From the human T2T-CHM13v2.0 reference genome, Homo sapiens: DNA of 64,000 bases. Below the pieces are notes generated by a model. The model was given only the letters and a program-made list of their open reading frames with translations. It had not been told where the DNA came from and did no database searches. Location: assembly GCF_009914755.1 (NCBI RefSeq), contig NC_060938.1; one strand, 5' to 3'. Position 1 is the stretch's first letter. Every line of letters starts with the position of its first letter. Below, piece by piece: positions 36,495 through 55,294 of the stretch. The position numbers were made by a program, and so were the translations under genes.

Positions 36495-38970
36495 TATGAG
36501 ATGGGCCCTCGAAATAATCAGACATTGGCTGGGAATGTTGGGGGAAGAAGGCAGGAGACTTTTTCTCCTCTGCTTATTTCTGAGATAATATAAGGTTTTG
36601 GGGCTGTTGCAACCATCTTGCCAATATGTAAAGGACGTATGCCTGAAAAGTGAACTAAGATAGAGCATAGAGGGGAATGGAGAAAGAGTGTATAACTGGT
36701 TTCTCTTTTCATCATCTGAGTTCTGATAAGCTGCTCATTAAGCCATAACTGTCCCTTACTGTTTATAACAGTTTAACTATACTTTCAGATTCTTAGGTCT
36801 TGAGAAAGACCAAGTACTTGGAGGGAAGGTGTTTCAGGGTACTAAAAAGCAGCAAAGAAATCATAAAGAATTTAAGATATAAATCCATGCTCTGTTATTT
36901 GTTCATTTTAATATGACAATCATTTTATATAGGTATCCTTGAGAAAATTACTTTTGAGCAAAGACTTACAGGGGACGAAGAACTTAGCCCGGCACATGCA
37001 GGTGGGGTGGGACTAAAGTAGCCATGAAGCAGGCACATGCCAGGTATCCTCAAGGAACAGTAAAAGGTCAGGAAACTAGAGGGGAGTGACTGAGAGGCAA
37101 AAGAGTAGAAGGTGTGTCCTGAAAAGTGCGTAGGAGGACACATTACATTAGGGCACAGGAGATTGTAGGGATCCCAGCTTTTACTTAGTGAAATGTGGAA
37201 GCTCTATGGGGTTCTGAGCAGAGCAGCAGGACCTGAGTTATGGTGTAAAAGGATCACTGTGGCCACTGTGGTTGATGAAGGTGGAAGAAGGGCACAGTGA
37301 CGGGGTTTTGCAGTTCTGCCAGTGGGAGGTGTTGGTGTCTCAGACTTGGCGGTTGTAGGGGAACCAAGAATCAGTAATCAGATCCAGGCATGTTTTGAAG
37401 GTAGAAACAACAGTATTTTCCCATAGATTAGCTGGAGTATGTTAGAGAATGAAAGCGTAAAGAATTATTTCAAACCACTTTGGTTTTCACTGAAAACGAT
37501 GGAGTTATCTTCAACTGAGATAGGAATTCCGAGGAAGGAACTGGTAGATGAGGGGATTTGGGGAGATGATCAGTGTTTCCACTTGGGATGTAAAAAGTCT
37601 GCAACATACATGACACATCCATGTGGTGTTATCAAATAACAAATTGGATGCAAGAGTCTGCAGTTCAACCAAGAGAGCTGGGCTGAAGATTGGTTTGGGA
37701 GTTGATGGCATTTCATCCATTGATCCCACTGATGAAAACCAAGAGATGTCATGTGGATCAAGAAGAAGCCCACCACTGACCCTTAGGAAGCTCCAACAAC
37801 AAAATTCCAGGGGGAAGAGGAGGGACTCACATAGGAGACTGAGAATGAAAGCCCTGTAGGGTAGGGGACAGGCCAGGGGACAGCAGTGTCCTACACACTG
37901 AGAGGCAGCCTGACTATCTGCCTTAAGGGCACCACGACTGAACTTGATGCTTTTCATCCCTGTTTCTATCACAGGAAGCTCATTCCCAGATCATCCCAGG
38001 TGGAGGCAGTGATACTATGTTAAATGCTTCTGATAGATCAGTAAAGTAAGAATGGAAAATTGACCCAGACAGAGGCTGGGGCTGTGGGGAATGGTCTCAT
38101 TCCAAATGTCAGGGATCCCCATGACCCAAACTGTTGGAGGACAGGAGTCTGGGCAGTGGATTGAGGAGACTTTTCCAAGTTCTTGACCTAGAGAAGACAG
38201 TCTCCTCCAGGAGGTGAGAAGAAAGAGCGTCCACACTGGAGTCATATTTTCCTCCCAGAGGAGGGAATGAAAAGGAGGAGAGTAGAGCATGTATGTCTCC
38301 CTTCCCCTGAGACGCTGGTCCTCCTTTTCCATTACCCCGGCCCTCCATACTTCACATGAACTGTTTTTGTCTCCATCTCTCCTCACTCTTCTACAGACTC
38401 ATCAGATCAACTCACTTGACAATTCCTCCCTCCCTCTGAAGCACCCATCTCCAGTACCTTCCTTCTCTCTAATCCCCCTCTTCTGCCCTGCCCTTTCTTG
38501 TGGAGACCTCTACAGATTACCCATTCTATTTCCTTCCTGGGGCTGCTAGAATGAAATACCACAGACTAGGTGGCTTATACAAGAGAAACTTATTTTTTCA
38601 CAGTTCTAGAAACCAGAAATCCAAGGTGTATTAGACAGGGTTCTCTAGAGGGACAGAATATTAAGGATATATATATATTTATGTATATATCTGACCCACC
38701 CCACCTTCCATGTCCATGCTAATGGCAGGGTGACCTACTCAGAGCAGTCTTCAGTAAGTGACTACTTGAAATGCCTTACTGCAGTTCTCCTCAGTGACCT
38801 GTAAGAGGGATTAAGGGACTCCCCTGTGGCTGCATCCACAGCCATCAAACCTACCTTCGCTGGGCCTCACCAGTCTCTGCTTGGCCTTTCCAGATGGTCA
38901 TGGCCCCAGGCTTGTGAATCATGTCTGAGTTCCTCTGTTGTTTTTCCAGGAAGCTGGCATCATAAGGCTA
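36495..38970 (+). repeat. Ancient duplication unit A2 (internally deleted)
   Basis: Matches 13720-16330, 41930-43140, and at 38690-38960 matches 46945-47070 plus 48200-48340. Confidence 0.82.
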
Positions 38971-39264
38971 GTCTCTGTCTGACAAACTAACGCCTCCAGT
39001 CACCTCCCTGGATATGCCTTTCCATCCCTGCACTGACATCCCAGGCCCAGACCAGAGCTTCACCCTCAGTCCGTTGCACCCTACCTGCTTATAAAGGTTG
39101 ACTAACTGACTTGTATCATACAGTTAGAGTTAGGGCTGGCACTCTCAAAATGCTGTCCGCAGTCTAAGCACTGTGCCAAGGAACTTTTGTTTACAGAAAT
39201 GCAAACGTACAGATGTACGAACTCTATTTCCCGTGAGCTCTCAGGTCTCAATGGCCACCTTCAA

Positions 39265-39704
<440 letters not shown>

Positions 39705-40199
39705 AGTATGCAGACATCAAAATAGAATGAGGTATACTCTTGCTACTAGCGTGAAATATGTCTAAAATACATTGTTAGTGGAAAAGAGGTAATGTGTAGA
39801 ACGTTGTGTATAGAATGTTACTATTTGTGGGGGGGGGAATAGGAAATAAACACTCATCTATATATATATGTCAATGAGTTTATGAATATAACATGTAGAT
39901 ATGCATAGACAGTAAAAAGATATAAACAAACTGCAAATTGTTGCATCTGGAAAAGAAAAGTAGGATGTCTTCATCCTTTTCGCTACATTTGCCCTCCTAA
40001 TATTTGAATTTACCTCTGCCATTTGCATTTACAACGTATCTGTATATGTAAAAGAAAAATCAAACAGCCTACCTCATTGTAGCCCTTTCTGAGCCTACTG
40101 AGGAATGGTCCCTGGTAATAGAAAGTTTAAGAACGAAGCTGTGAATTTCAATTTACAGTTGAATTTCACAACTGTAAACTACTCTAGCGATGCAGCATA

Positions 40200-41150
40200 G
40201 ACTTGACCTCCAAACCCCAAGCCTGCAGCCCGCGGCAGACAGGCCGAGAGTGGGGCAGCCGTCTCTCCTTCCTCGCCCTGCCCTCCTTCTGCACATCCAG
40301 CCACCTCCGCAATGGAAAGCTCGTGGCATACAGCAGGCGCTCATTATTTGAAGCCTGTTCATTCTCCTGCTTCCTCGGTGGTTAAGGAGGCTTTTGGAAG
40401 TTCAAGTCCGTCTCAGCTAAGAACCAGGAGACACGGCTTTGGTGCCTCTCGGCCCGCTGGGTCTCGGCGGCGCAGCGTCCCCTGCCGGCCACTGTGGCGG
40501 CGGCTGGAATCAGCCTCAGCACTTAAGGGGCCGCGCGGGAGGAGTTGCCCCACCTCCAGGCAGCTCTTTCCAGAGCAGTGAGGGCAAGTCTGGGGATTAT
40601 CTCCATAAAGGAAGCGAGGTGGCTCGGTGGAGGGGCTTCAGATCCCCTTCCCAGGACCCTGTGACCCGCCATCGGAAGAGAGTGGACCTCATTCTATTTC
40701 AATGTCTGCATAGTACAGACATTTGCTGTGGGCAAATCGGACCCATGAGCCCAGAGAGCATCATCCCGGGAAAGCTTTCCCGAAGCACAGGCTTCCCTGC
40801 ACCACCATACACGCGCACACCCGCACGCGCTCACTCCCCCAGCCCTCCTCCCCTCCCTCACTCCCGCCCTGGAAGAAGCGGGGAGCTGAGGGGAGAGGTG
40901 GAACCAGCAGAGAAACGGGCCGGGCAGGAGCCCGCACCAGCCCGGCTTGGGACACCGCAGCCGCTCCTGCCCTCTGCTGGCTGGAAGGCGCACTTACACA
41001 TTGCGGTCATCGCGGATCGCCGAGGGCCGCTGGTGCCGCTCTGCCGCCAAGGACGCTCAGCCATTGGAGTAGAAGTGAGAGAGGCCGCGGGCTGAGTAGA
41101 GAGGGGTGAGGATTCCGGAAAGGAAGCATCGTCAGGAAGCGCTGAAGTTC
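40200..41150. promoter_or_regulatory. Orphan CpG island with CTCF motif
   Basis: High GC and CpG density without a repeat origin; 40474-40492 reverse complement TGGCCGGCAGGGGACGCTG. Confidence 0.75.
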
Positions 41151-41760
41151 CTACTGATAAAGAGGGGGTTGGGCCACCAGCAACTTGTCACATGAGGAGT
41201 AGGGGTGTCTGCATACCTTAGTGAACCTATCAGTCTAGGACTCGTGGATGGAGACTCGGCCACACCAGCAGCTGGTAAAGGCTGTCCTGGGGCCCAAATC
41301 CGTCAGTGACTCTGACATCTCAGGGACAGTGTGTGGTGGCTATAGTGCTTTGCGAAGTTGCTGCCGGGAGTTAGGCAGAAACCTCTTAGGCTGTTCAGAT
41401 CCCTCTTAACTAAGGGGTTTTAGTGCTGTGAGTATTCCCACAAATGGGTCCCTGTAGTACAATTATTTTGCAGCATTCATACGGCCTACTGGGGCTCTTG
41501 ATTTGAGGAGCCTTATTCAGCAAACATTTCTTGAGTACCTATGTGCCAGGTACGGTTAGAGGTATGTGGGAGTCATCAGAGAACGCAGGACATACGTACA
41601 AAAAAAATCTCTGCTTTCACGGAGGTCACATTCTAGTGACCTAGACACATAATGTATACTCACAGACAATAAACATATATGTAAATTACACAGACTATTA
41701 AGGTGATAAGCTCTATGGAAAAAATAAAGCAGGAAGGAGAATGGGGGAAGCAATGGGTAG

Positions 41761-42070
<310 letters not shown>

Positions 42071-42410
42071 TGAGACTGGATAAGATCACCAAGGGATAGT
42101 GTGCAGATAGAGAAGAAGACCTATGACTGACTCCTGGGGACCTCTAACATCAAGTTACCAGAGGCAAGAGGAAAAACGTGTGAGGAGCCTAAGAATGAAA
42201 GGCCTGGATGGTAAGGAAAGAGCCAGGAGACAGGGGCATCCCAGAGACCATCACGCAGCCTCGACATGACTGCCTGCATTGAGGAACCAGGACTGATCTC
42301 ACAACGCTTTTCGTCCCTATTCCTGTCACAAGAAGCCCCATTCTCAGGTCATCCTCATCAAAAAGGAGGGAATTATCCACTGTGCCTAATACTGCTGAGT
42401 GGAATATTAA

Positions 42411-42812
<402 letters not shown>

Positions 42813-43349
42813 TAAGTGCTGGGCCTTAGAAGAAGAGAATCTTGTCCAGGAGATGATTAGAAAGAGGGTCCACATATGAGCTGTGTTATTTGTTCTAGAG
42901 GAGGGAGTGAAGCGATGGAGAGGAGAGCATCTACATCCTTCAGATGAAAGGAAGCTCCCTTCCCCTGATCCCAGACCCCAGATCCTCAGGATTTCACATT
43001 CTCCCCATCTCTCCTCACTCCTCCAAGTACTCACCTGAGGAACTCACTCTGTCACATCCTTCTTCCTCTGACGCACCCAACACCATTGCCTCCCCGCTCT
43101 ACCCTGAGTCTGCACATTCTCCTGAAGAGCTCCACAACTTACACACAGACACACCTCATTTTTTTAACTGCCACATAGTACTAAGGGAATCCCAATAGTA
43201 AGGAATTATATGTTTAATTCCCAGTTCTAGCACTAATTTTCTATGAGGACTACCATTCTGGTCCTCAGCTATGAAATGTAGCTTGGAATAAAGGACCTCA
43301 CAAATTCCTTCTAGCTCGGACTCTTGTAGTTCTTTGAAGCCCTCATAAG

Positions 43350-43351
<2 letters not shown>

Positions 43352-43392
<41 letters not shown>
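43352..43392. repeat. (GT)n microsatellite
   Basis: About 20 perfect units. Confidence 0.97.
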
Positions 43393-43397
<5 letters not shown>

Positions 43398-44078
43398 GAA
43401 TGTCTACGGAAAATGCAATCTACATTTCTGAAATTTTTTACTATGTAGATCTGTTTTTCTTAAAATACTATACCTAAATCCAGAAAAAAATCACCTGATT
43501 AACTAAAATAAAATTATTGTCCTATATATACATGTATGTATGTATGTTATTATTGCTGTTGTTGCTACCTTAAGACTATCAAGAAAAACATTTAACTATT
43601 ACATTGCAGTCAACACAGAAATCCCTATTTCTTTTCCCTTCTTCAATAGAGCAAGAGAAAATGTTAGCACAGAAGACAGTAAGATGATCTTACACCTCTG
43701 AGATTATTTAGGTTTGAGGTTAGTACACTGGGGGATATCAATCAGCAAACAGTAATGTAGTCATTCCCATCCTTAGCTGTCTCTATCAGCTTCACCTACC
43801 TCATCTAATAGGAAAACAGGAGACCTAAAAGTCATTAAACCTAAGAGGAAACTTTGATGAGTGCTTTACTGCCTAAAATATCTCAGCATCATTCAAAATG
43901 TTTATCCCTCATGGTTTTGCAAGGAGTGTTGGAAATAAGGAAGCCACTCCCTCTTTGGCACACCTATTTCACATAAGGTAATTGGGATTAAGCCTCACAA
44001 CATGGTCCAGTAGGTAACACTCTACATACTTTTCTAGAGCTGATACAGGCTTTCGTCTGTGTCCACGATCTAAGGTCA

Positions 44079-45847
<1,769 letters not shown>

Positions 45848-48800
45848 CTATCTCAAGTCAACCAAAGCAGGACTTGGTAAAAAGGAAGGAGATGAAATCT
45901 GTTTTGTGACCTTTGCTTGCTAGCCACCCCCAGTCTATAAAAGATCTTACAAAGGCCTAGACAGAGGTATGATTTTCCTCTGTCATACCTGATTACATGA
46001 TAGTTACATTCCCAGCAAACTCTTTGCATTTTAAAACCATGCAAAATAAAAGGAGTTAGGGTAGAAGCTCAGATAATTCTAAGCTGTTTTCTTACCTACA
46101 TCAGCAGCCAAGAAAACAGTGATAAATTGTGTAGGCCATGTACTAATTCTTTATTTTACTTTGCTATACTCTGAGCACACTTGTTCCCTATCCATTAAAT
46201 ACTAGCACTGATCTCCTCTCCACTTATTATAGTTACCAAAAATATCTCTAGAAATTTCAAAACCACAAAATCACTTAAAAAAAAACTGGTCTAGAAGTAA
46301 GATGAAAATCTGTGTAAAATTACATTTCCATTACTGTGTCATTATGTGATGAAATAGGAATAGTTCAAATTGTATGTTAGCCATATCCTCACATCTGAAC
46401 AGTATATATTTGATATCCTAAGTCTTCCACTTTTTTTTTTTTTAAGAGATCGGGTTTGGCTATGTTGCCCAAGCTGGTCTCAAACTCCTGGCCCCAAGCC
46501 ACCCCTAACCCTGCCCCACCTTGGCCTCCCAAAGTGCTGTGATTACTTGAGCCACTGTGCCTGGCCAATCTTCGTTTACTTTTAAGGGATTCTAACAATG
46601 TTCAACTATTTATTTATACAACATACATATTCCAAGTTTAACAATATGCCTGGCTTTCCTCTAGGCACTGGGGATACAAATCTGAATAGGGACAATTTGT
46701 GCCCTCGAGCCCTCTCTAATTAGAGGACTGGAAGCTTACAGGCAAATATGATATACAGAGATAAGTGAGCATTCATAGAGTTTTTTAAAACCTAAATGGC
46801 ATAACACACACAAAATGTTCCTGTAACACAGCGAAGTGAGTTCCTTCCCATTACCTTTTGAATTACATAAAACTGGCAAAGAGATCCCCAGGACATCTCT
46901 AACAAGGCCTCCTATGCAACAGCCTTCCTCAATGAGGCCCAGCCACCGACCCATCCCACCTGCCCTGTGCTCAGGGCAGGGGTGACCTGCTCAGTAAGTG
47001 ATAACCTCAAATACCTTGCTGTAGTCTTGCCTCAGAAGCATCTAAGATGAGGAGGAAAGGACTGCTTTGTGGCCCAGATAGAATCAGACTATCTGTGTTC
47101 TTTGGTAGAAGGTGGTGTTGAAGACATTAATGCCTTATTTCCAGGAGAGAGTCCATGTCAGCATTGTTTGAGAGTTGAATTGACACTAGATTGAGGTAGA
47201 GCCTCATCTGGCAGGAGTGGAGTCAGGTCATTTGCCTGTTAGTGGGCAACAGAAAGACAACTAAAACTGATTGGAAGGAAAAAGCAGGGAGAACCAGGAC
47301 TCTCCTTTCCCCTCTGCCCGTTATCCTGATCCTACTGTCCCAAAGGAATGTCTGATAAGTCATCTTCACAGCAGCCAGACTCAGGGCAGTGAGAGTCCAT
47401 GAGGGATTCTAAGCTCCTTGTCTTTGAAGGGAGTGTGGGTAATCAAAGGAGAGTAAAAGTCCCTCCTGGAACATATTCTTTCCTGTCAATAACCAAATAG
47501 AGGATGCTTCCCCTTTATCACCCCGGCCCAGCTGCTGCTACTCTGAAAAGACCTAGGCGCATCCAGAAAGAAGTCTTTCAATAAACACAGTTTAAATAAA
47601 TCTCTGATGTTGTAATAAGCAGCCTGATGCAGAAATCCCCAGTTCTGACTTGTGGTGCTTACTACAATATTATAAAAAGTCTGTAGCTTTGAAAAGGTGA
47701 TGTGATCCCATTAAGATGTCATGAACTACGGAATTCTTTCCCCCATCTCTTCAGACATCCAGTTCTACAATTTTGCCTTGTTTTTTTGTCTGATGTCCCT
47801 CACATCCAACCTGGCCCCCCACAAGGTACTTCTTTCCACTCGGATCACACCAATTAGCCACTGAACTCTACATCCAACTATTCACACTGAGATGTAATCA
47901 AAGGTTAACTTTTACATGCTTGATTTTACAAGGTCAAGAAGAATTCTTAACCTAGTGATGGCTCGAGTACCTGAAGTATTTTTGAAAAAGTAGGAGGGAA
48001 CTTACAAACTCTTCCGTTGTCTGCCATATCCATTCACTCACTTAAATTGTTTATAAGACAATAAAACACATAAAAGCAACATTTTCACCAGGCCAATCAC
48101 CTCTCTCCAGCCTCATAATGATTAGCCTACATCCCTGTATCCAGATTTCCCTAAAATTAATAATGGTGCATTTTTACATTCACTTCTTGATTTTACTCAG
48201 CTCCATCCTGGAACATTAAATCTGCCTTGGCTTAGCTATGCTAGTTTGCACTTGGCCCTTCCTGATGGCCATGGTCCAGGCTTGTAAATTATGTCCAAGT
48301 TCCTCAGTTGCTGTTCCCGGGCCTGGGTGGCATGGAAGGTCCTGATATCTGCATCAGCCTTAGCTCATGCTGCTCCACATTGCCTGACTCTTTATCTTCA
48401 GAGCCATCCCTTACTGTCAACTTTCCTATTTAATTCCTGAAACATCATCAAACAGGCCAAGATATGCTTTCATTTGGTACCTTCAGGGAAGATATGCAAA
48501 AGGCCCCATACAATAAGGAAGGTCTAGGATCACCTTGCTGAACCCAAGAGACTAGGGAGAAGTCAGTACACGAGGTGTCTTTTTTTTGTTTTTAAAGACA
48601 TGGGGTCTCATTATGTTGCCCAGCTTGGACTCAAACTCCTGAGCTCAATTGATTTTCCCGTGTCAGCCTCTTGCATAGCTGGGACTTAAGGTGTGTACCA
48701 CCATGCCTAGCTCCCAAATGTCTTTTGAGCTAAGGTTAGTTAGCTCCCTCCATTCATTGCAATTACATTAACCTGTACCATGTTTTATGAAAAGCCTTCA

Positions 48801-49341
48801 TATGGTACCCGCAAGTAGTATGTATTTGTCATTCCCATAGATAGCCACTGCATTAGGGAAAGATGTGTGAAAGAAGGTATTGACCGTTGGTACCTGCAGG
48901 TTAAGGGCAGATACTGCAAGGGTACTTCACAACTGAAGAAATTTCAAGTGGCAGACATCAAGGTGGCTTTGAGCAACCCTGTGGCCAATGTCCTCAACAG
49001 TTGTTTTTACCATAATGCAGAAGATCTTTCCCTGGGACTATATCTTACCACGTCCCTTGATTATAAATAATGGCGTAATGACATTATCTAATAATTTAGA
49101 GGCTGCTGTGACACTGATTTGATGCTAAAGCTAATGAAATAATAGAACAAGCCCATATTTAGCAGCCTTTTGATATTAAAGACAAACTCATGCTAAAAAC
49201 CCAGGGTACTCTCCTGGGTTTTCAGCATGAGTTTATATTGATTCCTGTGTTTATATTGATTCCTGATTTAAACAAACAGGTCCTTAGCCCAAGATCTTTC
49301 CTATCATTTGGTTTTAATTTTGAGGCAGTGGAGGGCAGTTA

Positions 49342-51600
<2,259 letters not shown>

Positions 51601-52406
51601 AACTAATTAATTAATTAATTAAAACTTGCTTAATAATTTAAGGAATTAAGGAATTCCACAGAATGAGATGGCTAAGTCCTATTAGCTCTACCTTCAGTCC
51701 TGTTCAGGTCAATATTTGTGTCCATATTCATATAAGGGCATTAACAACAACATTGCATTTTCAGATGACAAGAATGTAAAAATATAGTGAAAAATATGTG
51801 AATTAATTTTGTTGGAAGATTACATACAGTTCAAGGGTCTAATTCCAATGTTTCTCACCTAGAACTTGACCCAGTGATTTAACACCTCTAACCACTCACG
51901 CCTTCCCTACCTTCAATACACTTCCCCATCTCTGTACATTTTCCCATGCCAATCTTTTTGCATGCACTGTCCGTCCCTTCCTGAATGCCCCAGCAAACCC
52001 TTGCTCACCCTCATGACCCTGCTCAGGTGGAGCCTCCTTGTAGAAACCTTCCTAGACCCAATGGGCAAAGTAACTTCCTCCATCTCTGTGCTCCCAAAAA
52101 GCAATGTTCATATAAGTGTTATTGCTTCTATCACATATTTAGTTTCTCTGCTTCTCCATAAGCTACTTAAGGACCAAGACTACGTTTCATGTATCTTAAT
52201 ATATCCTGTGACTAACACAGTTTCAGGAATAGAGTGCGCAGTACATAAATGCCTCATTTATAAAGATTAAATTCCCATTTTACATAGTGAAATACAAGCC
52301 TAGGAATGTAAATGACAGCTGTGTAGAAAGAAGCACAAATGTGAATGAATGCAAGATTTTGGAAATCTAAGTTGGAGTTGTTTATACATTAGATATTCAT
52401 TCTTTT

Positions 52407-54476
52407 TTTTTTAATCAAGAACAAACTTTGTTGAACTTTGTACCCTATTAACAGAAGTTAAAAAAAAAAAAAAAAAGAACAGACTCTGTTTTACTAAACC
52501 CTCAGCTGTTGTCCCTCCTTCCCAGCTGGGGCTGTGACTGGAGCCCTTTTCCACAGCCTTGCTGCATCTTCTCCTTAGCACCTGTTCCACCTGCCAGGAA
52601 GTAGCTAGTTTCCATGTCTCTGTGCTCCAGTTTATGGGCTCCTCCCAGGTCTGACCATCAGCAGCCTCCTCCTCATCTTCCTTTATACATAAGTCCTCAG
52701 GAAAAGGTATGCTGGCCTCTGGTTCTGAAGCCACCATACCCTTATCTGGCTTGCTATCTTGTAGCAGCTTCACGGTTTGTAGCTGCATGTTCAGAAGCTC
52801 TTACGGCTCCAGCCAGAGTAGTCACACACTCAAAAAGGGGGTCCAGCGGGGCCACCAGATTGTCCAGGTGCTGCTCTGCCTGGATCAGCTGTTGCTCCAA
52901 CTGCAATGGGTGCTTCTTGCCTGACTCCTCTTGGAGAACTGCAGCTTCATCTTTCCCCTGTTGTGGAAGAAAAAAGGGGCAATACTGCAGCAAAATTGTT
53001 CTGCTCCATCACCTCAGTCTCCAAAGCCAGTAAAGAGAGGAGTGTCATTTAAGGTAGAGAATGCTATTGGGATTTTACCTCAGAGAATCACAATTACTTC
53101 TAGTCTAGTTCCTCACCCAGCACATGAAGCAACATGTCATCGTGTCCCACACATGGTCATTCGGTCTGCTGAAACACCTCCAGGAATGAGCAGCTCTCTC
53201 GCGTTTGATTGAGCTCTGGTTGTTAGACAGTTCATATACAAAGCCAGAATTTGTCCTTCATGTATCTTCTTTCCATAGCCCTGATTAGAGCCTTCCAAAA
53301 TAATGGCTCTTCAACGTGATAGTTCCTCAGGAATTTGAAGACAATGGGCATACCCTTGCTCCCTTTCCTGAGTTTTTTCTGGTTTAATATCTTTGATCTT
53401 TTCAGTCAGGGCTCATTTTGCATAGTTTTCTCTGGTTGCTTTACTGAACATATAGCGCTCTTAAGGCAGTTCTGGGAGACAAAAATTCTCCAGGAATGTT
53501 CTGGTCAGTAGATAAAGCACAACACCTTGTTCCTACCATTGATTTGGGAAGTAGGTTGTTGGTTGTCACATCACACCATAAACTTATTAGTCAACGGGTA
53601 GGCCTAAGTCTCTCTCATAAGTGCTGCTGCTAAGAAATATCTTCTTCCAGACTGTACTCACGCCGAAGGATAGAATTTACTAAACTATCCTTGTTAAATT
53701 TCATTATTAAATCCAGTCACTCATCCTAGCCTGTCATGTCTACCTGGGATCATTATTAGCTATCTCTTCTAGTTTCATACATCAAAATTGGTTCAATCGG
53801 TTTTATTTTCTAATGCAAATAAACAATAGGGTCAGAGCTGAAGATACTGTCCTAGAAAGTTTACTTTCCAAAATGTACCATCAACTCATATTTAAGGGCC
53901 TCTCTCCCTAGGAGAACATGAGACCACTTGATGTCTTGAACTCTAGAAACACTATGGTTGCAGCAATCAACCCCTTGTGCCACAGTTGGCCCCACTTTAG
54001 TAGTATGAACACTAGCTGAGTGTCCAGCTCCACCAGTTGCTGCTCTGGGTGACCTCAAGCAAGTGGCTACTCTTTATCAGATTGTAGGAAAATTAAATGT
54101 GATGGTCATTATTCATTTACAGTTTACCACGTGCCTTCCACATTCAGCCTTACCTCGCTGAATCCTTAAAATTACTCTATAATGTTGGAGGCCAATCAAC
54201 TATTATCTTCATTTTACAGACAGCGGAAACTGTATCTTGCTCTCAGTACTATGGTGCCCCCATGAGAGATGCAGACTCAGGGCACCCAGACCCCCAGCCA
54301 TCTCTGCATCTGCAACACTTATACAACACAAAAGCCACAATGGCTGAAGTGTACAGCATTCCCAAAAGCAGCACCCTGGCCCTGGCCCCCTCATGCTGGT
54401 CCTTGAACAGCAGTTGCCCGCATTCTGTGGCCCCAGGGCCTACATGGGCCGGGTTCCCTGTGGAAGGAGGGCAAAG
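52407..54476 (-). pseudogene. Semi-processed, 5'-truncated retrocopy of CCDC107
   Basis: 17-bp TSD TAGATATTCATTCTTTT (52390-52406 and 54477-54493), poly(A) on the minus strand. 52957-52477 encodes GKDEAAVLQEESGKKHPLQLEQQL..LDPLFECVTTLAGA/fs/ELLNMQLQTVKLLQDSKPDK...EDEEE..WEEPINWSTETW...WEGGTTAEGLVKQSLF, matching the CCDC107 C-terminal two-thirds as recalled. Confidence 0.85.
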
Positions 54477-54892
54477 TAGATATTCATTCTTTTACAGATT
54501 TTACATAAAGATCTGTGTGTTTTTTTTTTTTAGGTTTATGTTAGTTGACATGGAATGGAGGCATTAATCAGGTCAAGACTAAAATCTAGAGAAGATAAAT
54601 CCAATGGATATGGAGCAGTGGAATCACTTCAGGAGGAACTGAACAGACTGCTTTAATTCACTGCAGAATTTTGAACAGCAAGAAATCCAAAGACTCAAGT
54701 TTCCAGCATAGAGGTGTGATGAGATGGAGAATGTTTGTATGAAGAGAGAAACAGGGGTGTTGCTAAAAACAAAAAAGAAGCTGGGTTCCTCCTTGGAATG
54801 GCCCTCCCTTGCTCTACTTGTTTTGGGTTTTAGGCTCCCCTTTATACAACATGGCTCTTTGGCGTGCTGGAGTAGGATTAAAAAGAAGAAAG

Positions 54893-55294
<402 letters not shown>

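Noticed and set aside
40439-41095. 218-aa ORF and overlapping ORFs in the CpG island
   Set aside because: Non-ATG start, low-complexity G/P/R/A content and ORFs in several frames, as expected from GC richness; no recognisable domain.
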